From positions 434,001 to 498,000 of the forward strand of contig NW_026938695.1 of assembly GCF_032062105.1 (NCBI RefSeq): a stretch of 64,000 nt of DNA, read 5' to 3'. This stretch comes from Saccostrea cucullata (Eukaryota). Shown here in pieces: positions 13,101-23,800 of this stretch. Position 1 is the first letter of the stretch; every line of letters begins with the position of its first letter. A program made the translations under genes and the position numbers. The notes under the pieces were generated by a model that saw nothing but the letters and a program-made list of their open reading frames with translations, searched no databases and was not told the DNA's origin.

Positions 13101-16100
13101 TCCACGGGGTCATAATTCCGCGGAATCTCAATATCTGTTTAATCCGCGGGTAGAAAAGTACGCGGATTTCTTACAATGTCACTATATGCCTTGCATTTAT
13201 ATTAAGTACGCTTGGACAAATTTACGCGGAAAATCTGTGACCGCGTACATAGCGTAAATTAATACCACGCGGAAAAAAGTACTTCTACAGTAACATAATC
13301 TTTATCATGGTTATGGTGCCTAGGTGTCCTCTGGCCTTTTATTGGTGGAGGGTGAAAAGGCGGCTTTAGAGGGGACAGACACAGTGTACTTCTCACTCAT
13401 GGCTGAGCGTAACCACAAGGAGGGCTCAGCTGAGCAGACTCACTTCAGGCTGGCCGAGTCCCAGTTTTATCGACTACTAAGTGGCACAGACAATAGGTAA
13501 AGAAAATAGTTCTACATAATTCTGAAAACCAGCTATTATTTAAAAATGATCATTAACCAGCTAAAAGTCAAGTAAACAAAAAATATAAGGAGCATTGCAA
13601 ATATGCATTTACAATAAAACTCGGTTATAACGAAGTTACAGGGACCTATGAAATTACTTCGCTATATCTGTGATTCGTTATTATAATAACCGTATAAGAA
13701 ATTCATCAAATTTATATAGCTAGGGATCCAAGATGACTTCGTTATATCCATAAATTCGCTATATCCGTGTTTGTACTAAACGAGTTTTGCTGTACATGTA
13801 CCATATGAAGTTTTCTCTGAAAGATGAAGAGAGTATTTAGTATTTTAAAAAACTTGTCTAGTCTGAATATATTGTGTACTCTGAAATCTAGCATATTATG
13901 ATACATGTAAAATCCTTGAGTCCATTTCTTTAAAATGGTGCTTAATCTAACCAGACGAGTTTACATTGAACAAATGGTGTCCAGCTTTAATAAAGTATGT
14001 ATAGGTTTGTTATCACTCAGATTTAGTAATTAAGAGTTAAATTTTAATATGCCACAATTTATTTATTGATTGATGCATGATGTGTTTTTCAGCTACACCA
14101 TTAAGAAAGTGGAGTATGTTGTTAATCCAGAGTTGAGGACCAAATTCAAGTAAGAATAATGGTGTGGTATGAGCAAGTAATTCTGATAAATAATTGTAGA
14201 AACTTATAAATTGATATATTTCACAGGTGTATTCCTTGTTACAAGACCTTTCTTTGGGTACCCCAAATTTGACCTCTCGACCTTAGAGTTGAACCTGTAT
14301 GCATGGATCAATAAATTCCTTCAAAATTATCTTGTAATGAAAAATGTCACTGACTTATCATGGAATCCCCCCCTCCCCCTTCAAAAAAGAAAAGAAAAAG
14401 AAAGAAGATTAATATGAATTTACATGTTTATATTGTAAGAAACTTTTTTATATTTGATACTTGTAAATATATTGTGGTTGAGTAGAATATGACATGAACA
14501 TATCAGGGGCACCTTGTAACAGCTAATACAATGTATAAACTTTATGCATAATATTTATGTTGATAAAGAGTAGTTAAAAAATCTGTCTCTCTTTGCATGA
14601 TTATAATAAACTCTGGATTTTAAAATCCTGATTGATTTTCAGACATGCTAAAGATGAGCTAAAGAAACAGAGAGGAGAGGATTTATCCTACCCCGTGTTA
14701 GCATTTCATGGAACCAAAGTAGAGAATATCACCAAAATCTGTGAAACTGGATTCAGAGTTCCTGGTAAATACTTGGATATATTTAATTTATATTTGAACA
14801 GACATTTGCTCATGAGCATTCAAGTGAGTATAATTTTACACATTGTGAAATTTTTTATCATAGTATCTACCTCCTAATTATAGACTAAAAATCTGCACAT
14901 AAGGAAAATCAAATTCTACTTTTAAAAGTTACAATAGTATTTAAACAAATTTTTGTTAGAAGGTCAAGGCCAAAATTTCAAGGTCAAGTTGATAAAAAAA
15001 TATCATCAGTAATAGCATTGTTTAGTACATGTTCTTGTATAGCTGTGTAAGCATGTAAAGCTGAAAAAAAGAAAACCATATTAATTACTATTGATGTAAG
15101 TTAAAAGTATAGCTGTGTAAGCAAGCATACATGTAGCTGAAAAAACATGTACTATGAATGTAACATTATTATACATTGTTTTTGTAGGAGACAAAGGTTT
15201 CCAACACAGAACAGACACTGGCTGGTATGGTAAGGGGGTGTACTTTAGTGAGTACCCCGACTACAGTATGGGGTACATCCAGGGGGCAGAGAAGCTACTC
15301 CTGTGTCAGGTTCTCCCTGGGAAAGTGTTCCACTGTAAAAAGCTGATCCATGGGGCAGCGCTTACTAAGGGACACGACTCCCACACGTCCCCTGATAAAA
15401 AAGAGCTGGTCATATTCAACCCCGGTCACATCCTGCCCAGCTATATTGTTCATTATAAGATGGCCTCTGGGGAGTTTGCTTACAGTGTAAGTAAAAAATA
15501 AAAGTACATAAATTTATTCAATTTGTGTGCACACACTGTTGCAGTTATGTGCCTTCATCTTTCAAAAAAGTAATGATTCATATTGCTTAAATATTGTACA
15601 GCATGTGCAACATTTAGAGGAAAACACAGTCATACCAAAAAGCAAGGGACAGACTATTTTTCCAGCTCTTATACAAAAATAATTTGTATTTTTATAAATG
15701 AACAATGAATTTTATGTCACAGGTTTTGAATAATGAATTGCTGTACATGTAAGAGGTATCGCATTATAGCACGTTTTCTTTAAGTGTGTTTAACTGTATA
15801 TGTTTTGATTTCCTATACAGAAAACTGGGACTGGGGGTAAGGCTACTTCAGCCAAGAAATCAACAGCTGATGATGACGACGATGATGATGATGAAAGTGT
15901 GCATGAAAAATGTATGAAATCCCAAACTGCCAAAAAGTCAAAGTAAGTTCTGAAAACACCCAAAATAGAAATGATTTAATTTCTAAAAAGAAAAAAAAAT
16001 GTCAAAAAAGTAAAAAAAGAAACAAAAAAATCTTCATTTTTTGCACATTGCTCATAGATACATGTATAAAGGATTTTGCTTTAACTAAATTGTTTTCTTT

Positions 16101-18047
16101 CCCTTTTTGCATTGACAGAGTATTGAAGGACCAGAAAATTTTGTTCACTGGAGCTTTTTGTTTGACCCAGAAAGAAATTACAGATCTTGTAGTGAAGCAT
16201 GGGGCCACAACAGGTATGCATTTATGAACATGTATACTGTATGCATATATGTATTTTAAAATGAGGTTCAAATTTTAAATGGTTCATTTAATTAGGGCTT
16301 AGCAAAATTAAGTTTGCCGCTGGTGTATAAGAATCACACCAGTCCTTTGAAGAAGTCTTCCAATGTTTTTACAGTAGCCCATTTCAAATTTCCTGTTTTT
16401 TTCCCTTATGACTTTTCCTGTTTATCCTAAAATGTGTATTACTACTGCCACTTGTCTTTCTGGGTTTAAAACATGTTTTAATTTTATTTTAACAAAAAAT
16501 GCTAGTGTTGTTTACGATTGTTAAAGGATATATGAATAGGCAAAGAAGGACAAATCAGTTTTGATTTCTGTAGTGTCCCTATCCTGCGTCTAAAAAAGTC
16601 TGTTCTGAATTTTTTTTCACAAAAAGAGGCTAGTCTGTAATATGTATTTGTAAACTTATTTAATTTTTCATGTAGTTTAGATTTAGATGCAGAAGGTACC
16701 GGTTATTAAACATGATTATTATAAAAAATGAATTTCATTTGAAATAAAAAAAAAAACCATGTAGGAGAATATATATATAATGTACATGTGTATTTATGAT
16801 ATGCATTGATTTATTCCTAGGAACACTGGGTAATTTCAATCTCTGTGTCGCATCCCTGGGATCTGTGCAAGGTACAACGAACAAGTTCATGAAGGCCATG
16901 GACAAAAATGTAAGTTGTACGTTTATACTTCATTATTCAGGGTTATTTATACTGATCTGTATACTCCATTATCAGATATAAGATACATTTATTAATAACT
17001 ACGTACCGTAAACTTAGTAATATTTGTGTGCAAGAAATATCCTCAAGTTTCATGACCGGTATCTATTTCAACTGGCGAATATTAATCTAGAATATTTTTC
17101 CTCAGTTGTGAATATATATTAATCATCACAAATTGATTTCAAAGTGACAAATCGCGAATAAAAGTTAAGGCAAAAAATATTTGGTTTACAGTCAGGGGTT
17201 CAAAATTTTTTTTGTCATGGTCAAGTCCAGGACTTGAAGAGTAAATTTTAAGCAAGTCCGAGGAAGAAATTTCATAGTCCATATTTACCTATACATCATT
17301 AAATTTATGTTACTTATAATTTCATTTGTTGCGTTGAATGAATAAAGACTATATGCATTAATATATATGTTTTATTTTTCCTCCATAAAATGTCATGAGT
17401 ATTTTAACACAATACCAGACTGATAAATTACTGGTACATTACAATAACTTTTACAAATACACACTACTGAATAAACCATCTAATACAATAAGTAGAAATT
17501 AGAATTTGCTGTTAGTCACAGCTAAAACCGAAATTTAACAAACTCATTGCCATTTGTCATATCTAGGTGGAAACATGAGGAATTGCGTAAAAGCAAGAGT
17601 CTAGCCGCAACAGAAAATAAAAAGACGGATTGTATTTCGAAACGTTCGTAATGTTTTTTTGGTATTTTAACGCCCACAAACCCACATTTTTACCTAATAC
17701 ATTTGAGAATTTGCTTTTTTTTTTTTTTAGCTTTAAGATCATTTTTTAACTTATAAAAAAAGATAAACATGAAACATAGCCAAGTCCCAGGACTTTTGCG
17801 AATTCTAAATGCCGAGTCCGGATCCAGAATTGGATAGTCCGGGACGTCGGGCTTGAGGATTTTTGAACCCCTGACAGTATTGCATGAAACAGACACATGA
17901 ACACTACATGTACATTATGTTTCATACTAGTATTTTGAATTGGAGTCATATTCTTTTCAGATTCCGATAGTTTCAGAGGAATTCTTGTATGACTCAATCA
18001 ACAAGAAGAAACTAATGGATCCAGAGAATTATTATCCAGAACAGTGA
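7119..18047 (+). CDS. PARP-family ADP-ribosyltransferase: 2x PBZ zinc finger, coiled coil, ART catalytic domain (H-Y-E), acidic linker, C-terminal BRCT; ~521 aa
   Basis: Exons 7119-7439, 12641-12841, 13324-13496, 14093-14149, 14643-14764, 15188-15486, 15821-15942, 16119-16213, 16821-16909, 17961-18047. All GT-AG, phase-consistent, 1566 nt. PBZ: CPYGARCYRKNPEHFKEFSH and CKYGASCYRKNLLHFAEYSH. PARP: LAFHGT...GWYGKGVYFS...YSMGY...KLLLCQVLPG...KELVIFNPGHILPSYIVHY. BRCT: LKDQKILFTG...LVVKHGA...NKFMKAMDKNIPIVSEEFLYDSI. Confidence 0.88.
7504..7830 (-). repeat. Two tandem tRNA-derived (SINE-head-like) units, ~232-bp period, in PARP intron 1
   Basis: Reverse complement reads agctcagttggtagagcacctgactggagatgcaggggttccgggttcgattcccggtcc (A and B boxes). 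Repeated at 7504 and 7736. The anticodon arm is imperfect. Confidence 0.65.
8057..8866. mobile_element. hAT-like MITE with 5-bp TSD
   Basis: TIRs caggggtagacattaac / gttaatgttgatccctg. TSD ccagt on both sides. Subterminal cttgtcc/cttgccc repeats. Confidence 0.75.
9536..12563. mobile_element. 3.0-kb non-autonomous TTAA-target DNA transposon (Kolobok-like)
   Basis: TTAA|GGGGGATGTAC...GTACATCCCCC|TTAA. Symmetric subterminal inverted repeat tagaactgcgcagctacag (9726) / ctgtagctgcgcagttcta (12358). No transposase ORF. Confidence 0.75.
10252..11091. mobile_element. Tc1/mariner-type non-autonomous element
   Basis: Perfect 25-bp TIR tactgacacgcaaaagaaacgcaac / gttgcgtttcttttgcgtgtcagta with TA TSD. 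Nested in the 9536-12563 element. Confidence 0.85.
13082..13292. mobile_element. TA-target MITE
   Basis: tactgtagacgtacttttttcc ... ggaaaaaagtacttctacagta. Confidence 0.75.
13610..13794. mobile_element. pogo/Tigger-like MITE (related copy at ~28241-28394)
   Basis: tacaataaaactcggttataacgaa ... tactaaacgagttttgctgta, with internal ttcgttata repeats. Confidence 0.6.
17193..17873. mobile_element. hAT-like MITE with 5-bp TSD
   Basis: caggggttcaaaa ... ttttgaacccctg. TSD acagt on both sides. Confidence 0.8.
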
Positions 18048-20841
18048 ATAGACAGCATTTATAAATTATTGTTCCTTAAATTCATCCTCCAAAATTATGT
18101 AGAGCTTAATTTTCTCAATATTTTGGACTAGGATTCATGTGTTACTGTCCAATTTCATCAAAATGTTTACTTGTTTTCTGATAGGTGCACGATAGTGCTT
18201 TCAAATATCTTTTTATTGTTTATTCACCTAGTGAATTTGAATACAAATAGATGTTGTTTTATGCTTATTAATTTTCTATTTATTTGATATTTTTAAAATA
18301 TATGATTTTTTATCTCTTATTTATTAACTGTGATAGAATCCATTATGTATTAATTTTTTTTTTTCATTTAAATTAATTATCAATCCCAACTATTTCATAA
18401 GGTATCATGCAAATTTAAAAGTTACCTGGGTCAAAAGGAATCGCTAAATATAGTCAAAATTTTGTACAATGTATCTTAATCATGGATTTCTCAAAAACCA
18501 TAGATATGTGGAAGTAAGATGTACCATCCACATTTTCTGTATGAATTTTACCTCAAATAATTGACCTTCAATTATAATAAACCAAATCTTCAAGCAGATT
18601 TTTTTTTAGTCCAGTTCATATACTTTCAAATTCGGAGCACAATTTTTGAAGTCAATTGTCTGTATTTTAACTTTGAAAACATGAATTCTTGTGATATATT
18701 ATATTTGTTAAGAATATGTATATAGTGCCATAATACTTTTAAGACATAGACTTCAGATTGTTTGACCCCTGCATCACTTCATGAAAAACCTATATAATAT
18801 TTACAATGCCCATGTTTAAATATTGTTTTGTGTTATACGTAATGAATTAACCTGAATACCTGTAAATAAATCTAAAGAATTATGTTCAAAGATATGTCCA
18901 GCGTGCTGTAATAACAGTCATTATATTGAAATACAGACTGCATAATACATGTATGTAGTACATGTATGTACATGTATGTATTACATATACATTAGTAACA
19001 TATGCAGTGGGAAAGACAATAGGAAGTACAATTTGTAGCAGTATGTTATTGATTCACTTCTTTGGCAGCTTTTAAGATTTTGTTTGTTTAGTTTTAGGTA
19101 TAGACTGAATTATTGAACCTGTGCACAATGTTTGGAATGTTGCGAATACTTAAGTTGAATTAATTAAAGATGAAATTTTTTATAACTCTCACTTTTTACA
19201 ATGTATGTTAGTGGATGTACTGAATTATTTATCCTACGGCTGTGAAACATAGCTCTGCTATGACTTTTTTCAAATTCTTATTGATAAAAGCTTCTGATAA
19301 AAGTTTAGGTTTTAAAATTCTTTGTATTTATTTAATGACAATTATTTTTTTTATTTAATTGCTTTACAGGTATTCAACCTGAATGTTAAATATAAAATTT
19401 ATGGAGATATCACTGTACTGAATCATTTTTATGCTGACAGATTTAAAAAATTTTAAAAACATACATTTTTTTGGTTTTATTATATAAAAAGTTCTATAAA
19501 TTGTAATTTATATACTTTGTAAATACCTTCTCCAAAATTTTATTCTGAATTGATTGTATAATTTTATTTTAAAAAATTATGACATAAATTTCAATTTGAT
19601 TAAAATTTTTTATCAACATCATCCAGTTGGCGAGTGGTCGTTGTTTCTTAATTGAATGGGATTATCTTTTCTTTGGGGGGGGGGGGATTTATAAGGTGTG
19701 ATTTATCAATAGCAGGAGGAGACACTATCAGTTAAGCCAGAGCCAACCAAACGTGAATTTTCGACATACAAAAAGTTATTCAGGGAGCGTAATCATAAAC
19801 TATCTTGAAAAGTTTGTTTTCTATTTTATAAAACATAAACGCAAAATTAAGGGGGGTCCTGCGGACACGAGCCTGGGTTTAATAAGCATCATCCGGAATG
19901 GTAGATATACTATAACATGGGAAAAATTCGGGGATTTTTCCATGAATAATACATGTATTGGATTTACTAACGAAGAAGTAATATAACAAGGTTCTATCCG
20001 AACTTATACGGAGGAGTGTCTCCGATCTGATGCGAAATGCTACTCTCTCGAGATACACTGTACACTAGTAAACTAGCCCACTTTTATAAACGTACAACTG
20101 TAATCATGCAAGTGTACAATGGGTGTTTGTGATTTTTAAAGCACCATGAATTGCACCAATAAAGAACATGTGCGCAAAATATTTACGTTTTCCGTCCCAG
20201 GTTTATATGTTAAATGCTAAATCCGTTGTATCGCGGGCTATAATCCGCCTTCTTGATCTTAAATCTTTGGTCACTCTTTAGAAATAATGTTAGGTGTGTG
20301 TTTAAATCTAGGGAAAATGAATTCAGGTTAGTGTTTATATTTCTTTAATAAATTATGATAAATACACTAAATTATAATAGATACACTCTTTTGCTCCGAG
20401 TAAAGTAATCCCCTAAAAAACTTGCATCTCTTTTGTACTGTTTGGGGTTTAGATACATGTTATGTCGCTATACAGTTGTGTGCTTACGTATACAGTACCC
20501 ATCCGGGTTTTGTGAAATAAAAAAAAATAAGTATAAACATTTAACCTATGTATACCTCGATCCTCTCTACATCCCCCTTTTTTGAGTGGCAAGCTTAATC
20601 AATCAAAATATTCCTAATAGGAAAGGATGCTCTTCGGTATGATCCAACTATAAAGATTTTTTTTCTAAATTTATAAGGTAAAAAAGAAAACATGTAATGC
20701 AATATCTCTCTATCTGTCTCTTGTCTCTCACTCGAACGATCCCCCACTCCAACCCCACCCCTTTCTCGCTTTTGGTACGATATAAAGTTCTTTTGGTTTT
20801 ATCCTCAGACCAAATCACCTAGGTGACAATGACCGTTGACA

Positions 20842-23800
20842 ATGGGTTGTGGAGGAAGTAAGGATGAGGGTCCCCTTTTTGTCCGAGTTGCCGACCCGTA
20901 CACTCTTAACTTCTTAGGGGTTTACGAAAGTTTTTGGGATTTCCGAGAAACATCTGATCGTTTTCATGGCCAGATCCCTCCCAAATGTATCCAGCTATGG
21001 ACGGACACAAGCCTTCCCCCTCCCAAAGATTGTCAATCTTTTCGGGCTGAGGTAAAACAATGTAGTAAATTAATACCTGTCACCATAATGAGTGTGTTAC
21101 ATTTTTAGCTAAATCACATTGTACATTACATTAGCTTTTTCAACTTTTCAAATTAAAATTTGTTCTGTTTCAATTTTTAATCATAGTTAAGAAACAACCT
21201 GTTTAATTAATGAATTCTTACCTGAAACATGTGAAAGTTTCTATTTTTTATCGGATTTTTAGCTATTATCTTGGAACTTTCAAAAGTAGATCACCATGAC
21301 CTACAATTTGGTTGCCACAGTCTTCGGAACCCAGAAGCATCAGCTGTTTTACCTCTTTTCTCCTTTATTATTTTCCAGATAGAAGGAGTTCACTCTATGC
21401 TGCTCTGCCGGGATCCTGTAAGCCCGGACTTAAATCAAGGGGAACTTGATACGACCTACTTCCTTAATGTCATCGAAAAGCTGACCCCACGAACTGATAT
21501 CATAAAACACGTATAAATTAATTTTTTTTTTTAGTTTTATTTTTTTCTTCAAATCACGATTTAATTTATGATAGCTATCGAGTAGACGAAACGTTTAATG
21601 TTAAAAAAAAAAACAAGAAAGAAAAAAAAAGAAAAAGAGATTGAAAAAGGCGGTATGCTTATGCATTTTTTCATTGAAAAGCATTTTAGTTACATGTAGT
21701 TATTCAAACCAAGCTTGATAAATAAGTTTAAGCTATATAAAAACACTTAAATAATTGTATTTTGCCATTATTATTTATTTATTATTATTATTATTATTTT
21801 TTTTTTTTTGCTCTCCCCTAATCATGTTTGTAAATATTTAACTTTCAGTTGATACCCAACGATAAAACCCGAGTGATTTACAAAAAGCAGGAGATCTACG
21901 TGGGCGTTGTCCACTGCAGGGTATGGAGGTTCGGCCGCTGGGTCGACATTTACGTGGACGATTCTGTCCCTTGTGTCTCCAACAGCGGGGGTATACGTCT
22001 CCTATCCTATTGTCACGACAAGGATGAACTTTGGTTAACCTTTCTAGAAAAAGCATGGGCAAGGTAAGTTTATACCTCACGTAGGTAGGTAGGATTGATG
22101 TCAATGATTATGTAACTGGAGCTAGTTTAATTTTCGTAACATAATACTCTTGGTCTCAAATTCATTCTAACGTTTTGATGTCATTAACCCTAAAATTGCA
22201 CATGACTTAGATATTATTTCTAAGAAGTTTTTTCCCCTTCAGATTCTGGGGTGGCTACACAAGCATTGAATACGGGTACATACACGACACCTACCTAAGT
22301 CTGACGGGAGGGGTGTATGATGCAATAAATCTAGAGAGGACCCGACTAAAGCCCGGGGATATCTACTACAAGATCCGCCGGGGTATCGCCCAGGGGGCAC
22401 ATGTTGGGTGTTCTGTGTCTGTAAGTAGAGATAATGGCGGGTTATCACACAGAGGGGAGTGGGGGGGGGGGGGGCTGTAGGTTGTCTCCTTAAATAGATA
22501 CCATAGTATCTGGATAGGAATTATCGATGACATATTGATTCAAATGGAATATGGTATCATCTGGATAGCTCATCTTATTGATGAATGAAAGATTATTCAG
22601 AATCTTAAAAGAATATCTAATAAGTGTACATGTATCTCAGCTTAATATATCATGTACATCTATAACAGAACTCGTTACATTTAGTTTAAATGTAAAATGT
22701 TTAATAAATTGAACTGAATTACCAGAGTTGAATTGTTTAGAGAGGATCAATTATATGTATAAGTTTTAAGTGTTTAAAATGATAGACATAAATGCAGAGG
22801 TTTTGAAATAACGGGGGAAATGCATAAAGAAACTGTAGTACGTTAAACAAATATCATAGGAGTTTAGATAGAAAAATCAAAAAATAGTTGCTTTATGAGA
22901 AAGTCTGTTTCTTTCTTTTTTTCCAGAGGAAACATGATGGGGTTTATGGGTTAACCGCTGGTGATACATTCACCATTTTGGAAACATATCAAGTATGTAC
23001 ATCCTACACAAAGCATTCGTTGATTTTGAAAGTTAAATAGGTTTACCGTTAACAGCAATAATTTATTAATTTTAATTCAAAGTTACTATTTTTATTTTTT
23101 AATCTTCTTAAAATACATAGTTATTATATATACCACTCATATTGAAAAATTACATCTTGAAGGTTCATACGCAAAAGGGCAAAGAAATTCATCTTCTACG
23201 CATGCGTGATCCTTTGGGATATACGCTTTGGAAAGGGCCATGGAATGAAAAGTAATCTATTTATGAAATCTTCAACTTAAACATAATAAGAAAAGTTGAT
23301 GCCACAGTGTATCATATTAGCATATATACATGTAGAACAGATTTATACTGTCCTGTTATGTTTCCACTACTTATTTTCAAAGCTCCTCGCTCCAGACAAG
23401 TTGCACTATTGCGCCATTTTTTTTTCTCTTCCAACTCCATTCCTCAGTGCGTATTCTAGTCGTACCATAATTCATGTTCTACTTTTCCTATTCCTTTAGC
23501 GGAAGTGAGTGGGCTTCGTTACCCCTAGATAGTGACATTATGCAGAGACCACTTTGTGATAACGAATTCATCATGGCCTTCCGAGACTTTATTGCATACA
23601 TGGAGTATGTCTGTGTGTGTTCTATAACTCCTGTGGTCGACCAGGAAATAAACCAATTTATACGTCTCAGTAAGTCAAAGCAACGAAGATATTTAAACAT
23701 TTAAAAATTACGTTTCTTGTCAATCGATCGATCTGCTATAAAATATCATTTGACAAAGTTCCATACATGAAGTTTTCAAGTATGAGAAAAAACAAAGTCA

